From IMG/VR virus record IMGVR_UViG_3300033475_000029, positions 1 through 55,099 of that record: DNA of 55,099 bases, one strand, 5' to 3'. Each line of letters opens with the position of its first letter. Within the stretch, counting starts at the first letter, position 1. Made by a program: the position numbers and the translations under genes. Under the pieces are notes generated by a model. That model did no database searches. It saw only the letters and a program-made list of their open reading frames with translations, and was not told the origin of the DNA. The DNA is from a virus (lineage: Duplodnaviria; Caudoviricetes). This document shows, in pieces, positions 1-9,599 of this stretch.

Positions 1-354
1 TGCGGGTGTTCGCGATGAACGCGAAGTCGTTGGACGTCGCCACCGAGTTGCCGGCCGCCGAAGCGACCCACGTCCCGGCCTGACCGTTGACCTTCACGAC
101 GGACAGCGAGCCGGCGCGGAGAGCGCCAGTCGACTGAGCCTGCGCGAAGACGATCACGTCGCCGACCTCGAACTTGATGATGTCGTCGGCGTCGACCATC
201 GTGATCGTGGTCGTGCCGTCGACGGTAACCTGGCCGAGGGCCGGGAAGCCGTTCGACCACAGCTCGATCGACGCGATCTTGGTGACCTTCTTGATCGCGC
301 TATCGAGCTCGCGCTTGAGCGGCTTGACGATCGCGCCGATGTCCGAGATGCCGG
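1..354. repeat. Terminal overlap, copy 1 (matches 54746-55099)
   Basis: Direct sequence identity apart from A128/C54873 and A227/C54972. Confidence 0.97.
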
Positions 355-655
355 CGGCGACGGCCATCGAGTCGATCTGCATGAGGTTGGTCATCGGGAC
401 GGGTGTCACGAGGAACTGAACGCCCTGGGAAGGAGTCGCCGTGCCGATCGTGCCGGTCGTGTTCGACGGAACGCCCGCGCCCGCGAAGGCCACGGGAACG
501 ACGTCCGCCTGACCGCCGGTCTTCGCCTTGTAGGACCGCTTCTTGAGCTGTCCGAGGAACGCGTCACCGCCGAAGGCGAGATCGGCGATGTAGTTCTTGT
601 TTCGGTAGACGCGCTTGAGCTGGTATGCGACGTCGGAAAATGATGCAGCGGCCAT
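1..655 (-). CDS. Major capsid protein, 5' part (continues across the join to 54159; ~413 aa)
   Basis: ATG at 655 with AGGAGG SD; frame MAAASFSDVAYQLKRVY... is continuous with the 54159 ORF; follows portal and scaffold. Confidence 0.8.
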   Translation of the reverse strand, partial: MAAASFSDVAYQLKRVYRNKNYIADLAFGGDAFLGQLKKRSYKAKTGGQADVVPVAFAGAGVPSNTTGTIGTATPSQGVQFLVTPVPMTNLMQIDSMAVAAGISDIGAIVKPLKRELDSAIKKVTKIASIELWSNGFPALGQVTVDGTTTITMVDADDIIKFEVGDVIVFAQAQSTGALRAGSLSVVKVNGQAGTWVASAAGNSVATSNDFAFIANTR

Positions 656-690
656 GATTGGCCCTCCTGGTCAACGCCAGGTCGTGTCGG

Positions 691-1743
691 TCAGTCGTCG
701 CGGCCCAATCCGAGCGAAGCAAAGAGATCGGCTTCGACCTCCTCCTTCGTTCGCGAGTCCGGCGACCGTCGAGACGACGGCGGGGTTTCGAGAGAACTGG
801 AGACGGTCTTTCTCGGTGCTGCCTTGCTGGTCTCTTTCCCCTTTGCAGGGGCTCTCTCTTGGCCTTCGCCGTTTTGCTGCTTCTCATGCCTGGACATGAC
901 CCTCTCGAGGCGTTCCGCAACGAAGCGGAAGTCGGGAAGGACGCCGGTCTTTTGGTAGAACTTTTCGGCCGCCGCGTAGACGAGCGACACGGAGTCGCGC
1001 TTCGCCATCAGCGTGGGCAGCCTGTCCGCGTGCGATTCGAGCGTGCGATCGATCTTCGACTCGATCTCGCGGCGCGCGGTCATCTCCTGGATCTTCGCTT
1101 CGAGCTCGCCGTACTTCGCCTTCAGCGCCTCGGAGTCCTCGAGCTTCTTGCCCAGGGTCTCGACGGTCTCGCGGAGCTTCTTCAGGTCGGCGGCACGCTC
1201 GGCGGCGGCAGACTTAGACGCCTCGTCGGCCGGCTTCGCGGCAGCGGCGTTGTCCTCGGCCGTCAGAGCTGCGATCTCAGCCAGGACGTCGCTCATCACC
1301 TTCGCGATGGCGCGCTCCTCGGCGTTCGCGGGCTTGGGCACGTCCGCCGGCTTCGCCTCGACGGCCTCGGGCTTCTTCGCGGGCTCGGCGGCGGGTGCGG
1401 CCGGCTTCGCGGCCTGCGCGCGCTGACCCTCGCGAGCGCGCTTCTTCTCGGCGGCGCGCTGGCGCACGGCCTTCAGTTCCTCGACCCAGTTGTCGGAGTC
1501 GTCGTCCGACTTCGCCTTGGCGGCTTTGTCGTCGGCCTCGCCCTTGGCGTCCGCCTTCTCGGCCTTGTCCTTCTTCTTCTCGGCGAACGGCTGATGTCCC
1601 GCCTTCTCCGAACCGTCCCCAATACCGTCCGCTTCCGCCTCGAGTCCCAGTGCATCCAGGATGTCGGACACGTCGCCGCCCATCGCCTCGGGGTCGATGG
1701 CGGGAGTTGCGTTCGTGGGCTCGGCGGCGGCGGTTTCGCTCAT
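691..1743 (-). CDS. Capsid scaffolding protein
   Basis: MSETAAAEP start with AGGAG SD; charged Ala/Glu/Lys coiled-coil protein between portal and capsid. Confidence 0.75.
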   Translation of the reverse strand: MSETAAAEPTNATPAIDPEAMGGDVSDILDALGLEAEADGIGDGSEKAGHQPFAEKKKDKAEKADAKGEADDKAAKAKSDDDSDNWVEELKAVRQRAAEKKRAREGQRAQAAKPAAPAAEPAKKPEAVEAKPADVPKPANAEERAIAKVMSDVLAEIAALTAEDNAAAAKPADEASKSAAAERAADLKKLRETVETLGKKLEDSEALKAKYGELEAKIQEMTARREIESKIDRTLESHADRLPTLMAKRDSVSLVYAAAEKFYQKTGVLPDFRFVAERLERVMSRHEKQQNGEGQERAPAKGKETSKAAPRKTVSSSLETPPSSRRSPDSRTKEEVEADLFASLGLGRDD

Positions 1744-1765
1744 GCTCTCTCCTGGGGTTCGTTTC

Positions 1766-3706
1766 TCAGGCGGCGGCTGCCATAGAGCCGGCCATGTCGG
1801 AAGCTGAAACGGGCCCCGCAAGCGGCGGGGGCGCAATGGGCGCGATGCTCGTTCCCTGCGTGTTCGCGGAAGCAGGCGGAGGCGCAGCCTTCTGCTGAAG
1901 AGACAGGACGTTGCCGATCCAGTTCTGGAGTAGATCCAACTGGTCGTGCGGCATGTCGTCCGCGATGCCGTTGAGGTACTGGACCGACGCGTATTTGAGC
2001 GCGTAGTTGAGATCCAGCATCTCGATCGGAGCAATGAAGCGCCGATCGGCGAGCATCTTCGCGATGATCTTCTCGGTGGCCCTTCGGCTCGCGAGACCCA
2101 AATCGATCTTCGCCTTGAGGTCGGGCAGCTGGACGAGTTCCTTGAAATCGTCGCGGTCGATCGCGCCCATCTGGAGCAAGTCAGCAGCGGCAGCGAGGCG
2201 GCCCGTCGGCGTCATCGGGAGCGCCGAGACCGGGAACGCCTGGATCACGTAGTCGGAGCGGTCCAGCTCGAGATCTGACGTCTTCATGCGACGCAGCCAA
2301 CGGCCGTTGGGGTCGCGGATCGTGATTTCGTAGTCGGGGATGCGCTGGACTGCGTCCAAGAGCCGGTCGGCCGACTCGACGTGGGCGCGCTGGTAGTCGA
2401 GCGCCACGATCGAAAGCCGGTCTTGCCGAATCTCGTTCCACTCGCGTTGCGCCGGGGCGCTGTTCAAGCCCGCCGGGCGGGTACCAACGCTGGACTGCTG
2501 GTTGATCCCGCACATCTCGAAGCCGCGCGACCACACGCGATCCTCGTGCGCGGGAAGCTCGGGCCCCAGTACGTTGCCGGCGCTGACCTTCGTGAGCTTC
2601 TTGCCCGGCGCGACCTGGATTATGTCGCCGATGGCCTCGGAGCCAGTGCGCACCTGCGTAACGGCCGTGTCGCCGCCGTTCGGGCCTTCCTCGATGAACT
2701 GCGGGACGGCCATCTGACGGAGGCACTGCGAGATACGCTGAGCAACCCCGTCGAGTTCGTCTTGGTTCGCGGCGTTGATCGCGGCGATGCTGGTCGGGTA
2801 CGGGCCGAACGGCTGCTGGGACCACCCGAAGTCGACGGCCGGGAACTTCTCGTCCGTCCATTCCTCGTCGAGGAGCAACGCCGAGTCGGTGCAGATGACG
2901 TGACGGCCCTTGTAACGACCGACCGGGAGCCGCCACAGCTCGTAAACAAGGCAGTGCTGCCCGCTCATCGTGTGGTCGATGGTCGTCAGGCCAGCCGAGG
3001 TCGATTGTTTGATCTCGTCGATGAGCGCCATGCGCTCGGCATGCGCTTTGTTCGCCTCTTCGCCCTCGGGCTTGCCGGCGTACTCGGCAATGAGAGCGTC
3101 TTTGTCGGCCGTGTGGCGCTCGACGCGAATCGTGGGGCGCCCCTTGTGCGCGTCCACGGGCTCGTACATCACCTGCCAGGCCGGGATGTGCTCCGCAATG
3201 GGGCCGTCGGGCGTCTCGATGAACTTCACCGAGCCGAGGTCGAACAGGCACGCGTGCAGTGCGGCTCGGCGCAACTCGCGCTCGGTGCCGGTCTGCTCAA
3301 TGAGCGCGTTCGCGGCGTCGGTGCAGTCCTGGGAGCGCTGCTGCTGAGCCGGCGTCCCGCCGTCGGTGACGAAGGAAACGCGTGTCTCCGTCTTCGCGAA
3401 CTGCGACATCGCCGTGTCGATCAGCGTCCGCGTCAGGTTGCGCGGGGACCGAAACACGGGCGTCGGGTTCGGCGTGCCCGGCGACGACGGGGCCGCGTCG
3501 AACTCGGTCAGCGAGGCAATCGGGCGGCCGAGATACTGCGTCGCGTACTTGAGATGCGACGCGCGGCGGTCGTTCTCGGGGCCACTGTCCCACAGCGACT
3601 GCGCGAACTCATACGCAGCCGTCCGCGCATCCTCTCCTTGGAGGTCTGCGCGGAACCACAGGTCGCTGGGCGTTTTCGGCGAGTCTGCCGACGCTGACGA
3701 TGCGAT
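1766..3706 (-). CDS. Portal protein (probable ATC start at 3706; ORF track starts at 3457)
   Basis: ~560-650 aa ORF between terminase and scaffold; frame stays open upstream of 3457; GGAG precedes ATC. Confidence 0.8.
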   Translation of the reverse strand: MASSASADSPKTPSDLWFRADLQGEDARTAAYEFAQSLWDSGPENDRRASHLKYATQYLGRPIASLTEFDAAPSSPGTPNPTPVFRSPRNLTRTLIDTAMSQFAKTETRVSFVTDGGTPAQQQRSQDCTDAANALIEQTGTERELRRAALHACLFDLGSVKFIETPDGPIAEHIPAWQVMYEPVDAHKGRPTIRVERHTADKDALIAEYAGKPEGEEANKAHAERMALIDEIKQSTSAGLTTIDHTMSGQHCLVYELWRLPVGRYKGRHVICTDSALLLDEEWTDEKFPAVDFGWSQQPFGPYPTSIAAINAANQDELDGVAQRISQCLRQMAVPQFIEEGPNGGDTAVTQVRTGSEAIGDIIQVAPGKKLTKVSAGNVLGPELPAHEDRVWSRGFEMCGINQQSSVGTRPAGLNSAPAQREWNEIRQDRLSIVALDYQRAHVESADRLLDAVQRIPDYEITIRDPNGRWLRRMKTSDLELDRSDYVIQAFPVSALPMTPTGRLAAAADLLQMGAIDRDDFKELVQLPDLKAKIDLGLASRRATEKIIAKMLADRRFIAPIEMLDLNYALKYASVQYLNGIADDMPHDQLDLLQNWIGNVLSLQQKAAPPPASANTQGTSIAPIAPPPLAGPVSASDMAGSMAAAA

Positions 3707-3785
3707 GGGCCGGCTCCGTTGATCGGAGTCTGGGCCTCTCTCGGAACCGCCTTAATCTCGCGGCAGTCCCTTTATGTGTACGCCG

Positions 3786-4748
3786 TTACGGAATGGGCGT
3801 CAACGACGATTGCGCTTGACGAAAGCGCAACGGATTCAAACGCACCGCCGACGCGGCCGGCATGAGCAACACGGGCAGGTAGTGCCACCAGCAGATCGGC
3901 GAGAGCCACAAGCCGAGCGCCATCAAGAGGCCCCCGCCGAACTCGGGCGCAACACGGCCCCGGAGAGCAATGCCGGCCGCCACAGCGACGATCATAGGAG
4001 CCAGCCCATGGACACCAAGCAACGCCGGGAGGCTCACGTTTGTGTGCCAGGACATCCCTCGCGCTCCGACCTGGCCCATGAGCCGCACCCAGGCGATCCA
4101 GTCGCTCACCGGGACGACGGCCAACGTTGCGAGACAGACCGCCACGGCAACCCCGACGCCCACGGCCATGTCACGCCGCGGCTTCGCAAGCAGTGACCAG
4201 CCTGGAAAGACCTTGAGCGCGCCGGCCACGCCAGCCAATGCCGCGCCCCCGCTCGCGAATCTATTTTTTAGCGGGGGTACCAACGACCAGGCGCACAACG
4301 CCCAGACGATCACGTCCGCGTTGCCGAAGCTCATCGAGACGGCCGTCCCCGGGACGAGCTGTAACAGGAAGCCCGCTCCGAGCACGTTCGCGACGCTCAC
4401 CCGAGCGCCGACCAAGCGCACGAGGCCAGCGGCGTAGGCCCAGAATCCAGCGAGGACGAGCGCGTACCAGACGCCTTGAAACGCGCGCGCCGGGAGGGCC
4501 GCCAGGGGCGCCACGACCACCGCAAGCGGAGGCGGGTAGATGTACGGCGCCCGACTCGAGTAGAACGCTTCAGCCGCCCCCTCATAGAGCGGAGCGTGGC
4601 GCAGGACGCGCGAGCCAGCTTCGTAGAGGCCCGGCTCGTCAAGGCCGTCCGTATTCCTCGTCGCGTGGCCCGGGAGCCAATACACGAGGTGCGCCAGCAG
4701 CAGGACCGCCCCGCAGACAGCGAGGACGCGACGGACCGGCGGCGACAT
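3786..4748 (-). CDS. GT87/DUF2029-like polytopic membrane glycosyltransferase (GT-C)
   Basis: YIYPPPLA..APL, GN, ALKVFPG and SPICWWHY motifs; many hydrophobic segments. Confidence 0.85.
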   Translation of the reverse strand: MSPPVRRVLAVCGAVLLLAHLVYWLPGHATRNTDGLDEPGLYEAGSRVLRHAPLYEGAAEAFYSSRAPYIYPPPLAVVVAPLAALPARAFQGVWYALVLAGFWAYAAGLVRLVGARVSVANVLGAGFLLQLVPGTAVSMSFGNADVIVWALCAWSLVPPLKNRFASGGAALAGVAGALKVFPGWSLLAKPRRDMAVGVGVAVAVCLATLAVVPVSDWIAWVRLMGQVGARGMSWHTNVSLPALLGVHGLAPMIVAVAAGIALRGRVAPEFGGGLLMALGLWLSPICWWHYLPVLLMPAASAVRLNPLRFRQAQSSLTPIP

Positions 4749-4953
4749 GTCACGAGCGTGCGCTTACGAGCGCAGCGGGACAAGCTGGACGGGCGTGCAG
4801 GGGTATTGCCGCGGCGCTACATGGCGGCGAAGATGCGAAGCAGTGCGCATAGGCGGCACTCTCCGTCTTTGCACGACGCCATGTGCTGCTCGATCTCGCG
4901 GCGCGCGGCGTCTCGGCGTTCGCGTCGGGCCCGCGGCTTGCGACCGGCCTTGC

Positions 4954-5256
4954 TCATGCCTGCTTCGCCTTGGCAGCGGCTCGGCAATTGCTACCGGCCG
5001 GTTCTTTCGTCGGATCGCTGGCAACATGCCCAAGCTCACCACAGCGACCGCAACGCGCCAGCGCCAGGCGAGACGGATGAGGGGCGCACGGATGCAGATA
5101 GCCGCGCGGGTCAACATCGCCGCACCATTCGCCACCGGGCGCCTTGCACGTCGGGCATTCCACGGGAGGCGTCATCGGATGGTTCAAGGCTTCCGCACCA
5201 TCGACGTTCGATCTCCAGACATCTCGGCGGCCCATTCGTCTTTCTGGCGCTGCCAC
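4954..5256 (-). CDS. Small Cys/His-rich (zinc-finger-like) hypothetical protein
   Basis: CPTC...C and CGRCGELGH motifs; start uncertain. Confidence 0.5.
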   Translation of the reverse strand: MAAPERRMGRRDVWRSNVDGAEALNHPMTPPVECPTCKAPGGEWCGDVDPRGYLHPCAPHPSRLALARCGRCGELGHVASDPTKEPAGSNCRAAAKAKQA

Positions 5257-5375
5257 TCAATTCGCTCCCGCTCAACGGGACAATCGACGCACTCTCCGCG
5301 TGTCAGGTCTAGGCCAGGATGGCCCGCATGCGCCCGGGGCCACAACTCGGCGATCAGGTCGGCAATCTCGCCCAT
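5184..5375 (-). CDS. Hypothetical protein
   Basis: Tightly packed 63-aa ORF. Confidence 0.45.
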   Translation of the reverse strand: MGEIADLIAELWPRAHAGHPGLDLTRGECVDCPVERERIEWQRQKDEWAAEMSGDRTSMVRKP

Positions 5376-5377
5376 GG

Positions 5378-5569
5378 CTACTTTCTCACCATCGATGACA
5401 TCGCCGCGGCGTAGCTGGGGCGCTTCGACTTGGGCGACGCGTTCGCCTTCGGATTCTTGACATGCTCGGGGAGCTTGGCGCCCTTGGGGGTCGCCGCGGC
5501 GAACTCTTTGGCCACCTTCGGGTGGGTCGCGAACAGGTAGCGCTCTTGGGCCTTCGATTTAAACGGCAT
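5378..5569 (-). CDS. Small basic phage protein (MPFKSKAQ-type)
   Basis: MPFKSKAQERYLFATHPKVAKEF...LPEHV, an N-terminus recurrent in phage hypothetical proteins; AAGGA SD. Confidence 0.7.
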   Translation of the reverse strand: MPFKSKAQERYLFATHPKVAKEFAAATPKGAKLPEHVKNPKANASPKSKRPSYAAAMSSMVRK

Positions 5570-5737
5570 CAGATCAGTCCTTTCGCTCGGTAGTGCGCGA
5601 TGGTTCTCTCGTCGGCCTTCCGTTGGGCCTCGGCGCACCGACGCGCGAATGCGCACCATTCGCAGTCGCAGCCGTCGATCGACTCGTAACGCGGAAGACG
5701 CGGGTGTTTCTCACGCGGCAGCCTATATGTCCGATTC

Positions 5738-7348
5738 TTACCCATAGTTTGGTTTGTCGTCTCCGCTCATGTTCGCGGCCATGATGCGCTTCAAAAGGGG
5801 GTCGTCGAACACCGTGGGCGTCTCGGGCTTCTCGAACGCATCGAAATAGTCCTGGAGGCCATAGCGACCGGCCTCCGACGGGTCAGGGTGCCATGCGGAC
5901 GCCCACTTGTACTGCCCGCGCTCCCGGGCTTGCTTGTCCCACCTGGCGCGCTGGTAGTCCTGTTCGAGTGCGGATCCGATCATGATCTTCGCGCGCCCGC
6001 CCGTCAGGAGGTCGTTGTTGCGGTCGACCTGGCCCTTTAGGTCCGCCTTTTTGGCCGCGAGGATCACCGGCAAGCCGTAGTCGTTTTGCAGGTTGTCGAT
6101 CGTGTTCTGCGAGCTGCCGGCGTCGTATCTCCACTTCATGACATAGAGGCCGCGCTGACTGAACATCGACTGCGCGACCCCCGCCATCGCGAAGATCTGA
6201 CCCGTCGTGAGTTGCGCGGCGCGCGGCGTCGTCCAGTCGAAAAGGTGCTGTACATCATGGCTGTCCTTGTCGCCCCAGCCCCAGCCCTGGATCGAGACGC
6301 GGTCGGACGTCGAACCGGGGTCGATGGCGAACCCCACGATGCGCACACCAGGCCGTGGCGTCGCCGCCATGAGCCCGTGGCGCGCGCCGTCCTTCTTCCC
6401 GTCTCGCATCGGGTGGCAGAACAGCAGGTCCCGCCCCTTGGCGTCCTTCTGCGTCTCGTAGAGCTTCACGAGCCACTCGGGGATGTCCGCCACGTAACCG
6501 TTGCGCTCGACGGCGTAGCGATAGGCCGTGGCCGTTGGGTCGAACGCCGGGCGCCCGCCCCAGTCGCGCATGATCTGCGGGTCATCCTCGTTGAGGCCCG
6601 TGTCCGCCATGTAGCGCCGCAGCACTTCGCGGGCCTCGGGCGTGTGAACGTTCGCGAGGCGGCCCCAGTTGTGCCGCGACCAACCACCGTCAGTGCGCTG
6701 TACGAACCGCCCGTCGACCTGGATCCACCCCGATTCGCGCCAGAAGCGGCCCGCGGGGGCATCGGGGAACACGCCGGCAAGCACAAGCTCTGACGTGAGA
6801 GACATCATCGGCGGGAGGATCGAATCCAGCAGCTCGTCGAGAACGTGCCCCTGGTCCTGGCACTCGTCGATGATGATTCCGCCGCCATCGAGACGGCCGC
6901 CGAGCAGGTTCTTTATGTGCTTCGCGTCGTCGGTGCCGCCGAAGATGACGCGGCTCCCGTTCGGAAACGTCGACACCATGCGCGTGTCGTTGTGCCGGAC
7001 GCCGCTCAACCCACCGAAGCGCGAGAACAGGCGCGTCCAGATGGGTTCCCAGTTGTTCGTGCGGATCTGGGGGCCGTTGAGCCCCAGCATGAGCCAGGTG
7101 CTATTGGGCCGCCCCAGCGCGCGGTCCAGCATAAGCGCGTCGCACCCCTGGGACTTGCCCGCCTGACGGGCGCACATGACGTGCTTGCGGTGCGAGCGGT
7201 CGGCGAGAAACTTGTATTGCGGCTCGTGCTTGCCGGCGAACTCCGCGATCGTGAACTTCGGCCGCGACTCGAGGAGAGCCAGCGCCTCGTCGAGCTCGGC
7301 CGGCGACATCGCGTCGATTTGGGCGGCGCTAAGAACCGGAGCCGCCAT
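5738..7348 (-). CDS. terL: Terminase large subunit
   Basis: Walker A ARQAGKS, Walker B IIIDECQD, nuclease-domain AIDPG. Confidence 0.92.
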   Translation of the reverse strand: MAAPVLSAAQIDAMSPAELDEALALLESRPKFTIAEFAGKHEPQYKFLADRSHRKHVMCARQAGKSQGCDALMLDRALGRPNSTWLMLGLNGPQIRTNNWEPIWTRLFSRFGGLSGVRHNDTRMVSTFPNGSRVIFGGTDDAKHIKNLLGGRLDGGGIIIDECQDQGHVLDELLDSILPPMMSLTSELVLAGVFPDAPAGRFWRESGWIQVDGRFVQRTDGGWSRHNWGRLANVHTPEAREVLRRYMADTGLNEDDPQIMRDWGGRPAFDPTATAYRYAVERNGYVADIPEWLVKLYETQKDAKGRDLLFCHPMRDGKKDGARHGLMAATPRPGVRIVGFAIDPGSTSDRVSIQGWGWGDKDSHDVQHLFDWTTPRAAQLTTGQIFAMAGVAQSMFSQRGLYVMKWRYDAGSSQNTIDNLQNDYGLPVILAAKKADLKGQVDRNNDLLTGGRAKIMIGSALEQDYQRARWDKQARERGQYKWASAWHPDPSEAGRYGLQDYFDAFEKPETPTVFDDPLLKRIMAANMSGDDKPNYG

Positions 7349-7922
7349 CCTTCGCGCCTTCTTCGGCGAGCCGTGCCGTCGCCGTTTCAGCCAGGGCCTT
7401 GAGCCGGGCCCGCTTTTCCTCGACGGTCATCTCCTCGTACTTGATCGGACCGCCATCGGGTCCCGAGTGCTCAACCCGTTCCGAGACGCCCTTGAGGTCG
7501 ACGTGGCGCCCGACCAGCTTCAGCGGCTCAGCCTTGCCCCACAGCTTGAACTCGACTTCGACCGTGTGGCCGCCTTCGCCGTCATCCCACGCCTTGCGCT
7601 TGATCGACGACACGGCAGCCATCGCGTTACGGGGCGCGCCGGGGGACAGCGTGAGATTGCCGGCGTCGTCGATTCGGTAGTTACTGATGCTCGAAAAGGC
7701 CATCGCGGCCAGCTCGCGGAGCACGCGGTCTTTCGTGATTCCGCTCTTGGTTGCGTGCCACTCCTTAATGCGCTCTACCTCATCGGAAATACTAGGTTTT
7801 GCTAAGAGAGCAGCGGCCTGTTCGTTGGCCGTTCGAGGCGAATAGCCCGCGCGAATTGCGGCCTTCGTCCCGTTGAAGTCGATGACGTATTCCTCGACGA
7901 ATCTGCGCTGTTTGGAGGTCAT
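7329..7922 (-). CDS. terS: Terminase small subunit
   Basis: KQRRFVEEYVIDFNGTKAAIRAGYS HTH signature; ATGA overlap with upstream gene. Confidence 0.93.
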   Translation of the reverse strand: MTSKQRRFVEEYVIDFNGTKAAIRAGYSPRTANEQAAALLAKPSISDEVERIKEWHATKSGITKDRVLRELAAMAFSSISNYRIDDAGNLTLSPGAPRNAMAAVSSIKRKAWDDGEGGHTVEVEFKLWGKAEPLKLVGRHVDLKGVSERVEHSGPDGGPIKYEEMTVEEKRARLKALAETATARLAEEGAKDGGSGS

Positions 7923-8542
7923 CCAACGTCCGGCAAAAGGTCCATGTCGCACACCGTCGGAATGTACGGGGGGCGTGGGTCGGCGAACGTCCGCCCCTTG
8001 ATGCCAGGGCCCCATTCCGACACCGGGGGATCGAACGTCGCCGGATTGAAACGCTCCCGGATCGGCGCATTGTCCTCGGCCTCAAGCTCGGCCAGCAGGC
8101 GCCAGCGTTTGAAGTCGTGCTCGGTGCTTTCGTGGATCGCGCCATCGGCCGTCCGGACCCGGCGCAACTTGCCGTCACGACGGAAGAAACGGGCGCCGTC
8201 CAACCGTTGGCCTTCGTTGGCCGGGAGCCAGGTCTTGCCATCGCACGAGTATTCGGAGCGGGGCGGCGTGGGCTTCGGGGCCTGGACCAGCGCGCGCACG
8301 ATCTCGCCCGGGTAGTTCTCCGCGGGACGTACCTTGGCGGAGACGGGCAACCACGCCGCGAAACCTTCGAACATTCCGGTCCCGCGCAGAGGTCTCGCCC
8401 TCGTTTCCATCTCGGCCAGTGCTACCAGCGCGTCCGCCAATTCGTCATCGTTCGTGTGCGTTTCCATTGCGATTTCCTCAATGAAGTTCGCAGCGCTGTA
8501 CGCGTGTTTCAGTATGTCACCGAGCGTTGCGAACGTTGCCAC
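7919..8542 (-). CDS. Hypothetical protein
   Basis: 207-aa ORF coupled to terS. Confidence 0.65.
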   Translation of the reverse strand: MATFATLGDILKHAYSAANFIEEIAMETHTNDDELADALVALAEMETRARPLRGTGMFEGFAAWLPVSAKVRPAENYPGEIVRALVQAPKPTPPRSEYSCDGKTWLPANEGQRLDGARFFRRDGKLRRVRTADGAIHESTEHDFKRWRLLAELEAEDNAPIRERFNPATFDPPVSEWGPGIKGRTFADPRPPYIPTVCDMDLLPDVG

Positions 8543-8556
8543 CGTCGGACCTCAGT

Positions 8557-8793
8557 TTACTCCACCCGGATCCAATTCGTCCCGGGCCACCGTTTGCGCA
8601 ACAAGCCGACGAGCCATGAGCGAATCTCACCCGAGTACGCTTGGATTTCTGCCGCCTTGGCCTTTTTGAACGCTTCTTGCATGCGCGGAGCGAGTTCCAC
8701 TTCCGCCTCGATGACCCGCGCTCCTGCCGGGATGCGGTCGGCCTTCGGTCGACGTCGCTCGTCGGTCCGTTCCTTATCCAGCAGGAACCGCAT
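8557..8793 (-). CDS. Hypothetical protein
   Basis: Coupled ORF with SD. Confidence 0.55.
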   Translation of the reverse strand: MRFLLDKERTDERRRPKADRIPAGARVIEAEVELAPRMQEAFKKAKAAEIQAYSGEIRSWLVGLLRKRWPGTNWIRVE

Positions 8794-9218
8794 CACACGC
8801 TCCTCGGTTTCACCTTGACCACGCACCGCGCCTCACGAAGGGCTAGCGCTGCCGTCTCGGCAGGGGGGCGCCGAAACGTCACGCTCTCCCGGTCGCGCAG
8901 CAGGGCCTTGACTACTCGGGCGGCCAACCCTGCCGTGCTCATATCGAGGTACAGCTTGCGCAGGTGCAGGAACTCGACCGTTTCGTCCTGGGGGTCTTCG
9001 ACCACGAATCCTTGGATCTCGGGGTGGCCGTGCCGCTCAACCCCAGGAAGAAAAGCGGCTGAGATGCGGCACCGCTCGAGCACGCCGTCAACGAGCTCGC
9101 AGACGGTTTCGAAGTCGCACGCCTGGCCGCCGTTGCGGGCCCGAATAGCGTCGCGGGTGGTCGACCAGATGTACCGGCGCTCTCCGTAAAGCGGGCGGCG
9201 CACGTAGACGCCGGCCAC
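8793..9218 (-). CDS. Hypothetical protein
   Basis: 141-aa coupled ORF. Confidence 0.55.
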   Translation of the reverse strand: MAGVYVRRPLYGERRYIWSTTRDAIRARNGGQACDFETVCELVDGVLERCRISAAFLPGVERHGHPEIQGFVVEDPQDETVEFLHLRKLYLDMSTAGLAARVVKALLRDRESVTFRRPPAETAALALREARCVVKVKPRSV

Positions 9219-9599
9219 CTAGTTCTCCTCGCCCTGCACCGGGGTCGGGCCGTTGAGGACGGGGGCCAGCTGGGGGTTGTCCTTGACCAACAGCATCGCG
9301 AAGGTCGCCCAGTCCATTCGATGGATTTCGGCCACAGGACCGAATCCCGCTGCCCAGTCCTTCTTGGCCCGCACGGCGCTCGGGATGACCATCGCCCCCA
9401 TGATGAGGAACCGCACCTCGGCGCGCTCAGGCGGGCACTCAGGGCGCTTCCCGGTCTCGGGGTCGGCAGGGTTCTCGTCCAGCCACGCCTGCGAGGGGAT
9501 GACCTCGCAGTCGAGGTGGGCTGAGATCTGCACGGGCGGCGTACGGCCGGCGCCGAGCACGTAGCCTTCGGCCATGGGGTTGGACTTGTGGGCGCCCAT
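9219..9599 (-). CDS. Hypothetical protein
   Basis: MGAHKSNP start, TAATG overlap. Confidence 0.6.
   Translation of the reverse strand: MGAHKSNPMAEGYVLGAGRTPPVQISAHLDCEVIPSQAWLDENPADPETGKRPECPPERAEVRFLIMGAMVIPSAVRAKKDWAAGFGPVAEIHRMDWATFAMLLVKDNPQLAPVLNGPTPVQGEEN

Noticed and set aside
1-354. Biological fixed direct terminal repeat
   Set aside because: It falls mid-capsid gene; more likely assembly overlap of a circular or permuted genome
658-3697. Long plus-strand ORFs opposite scaffold and portal (and similar ones genome-wide)
   Set aside because: Antisense shadows typical of high-GC coding DNA, with no recognisable motifs
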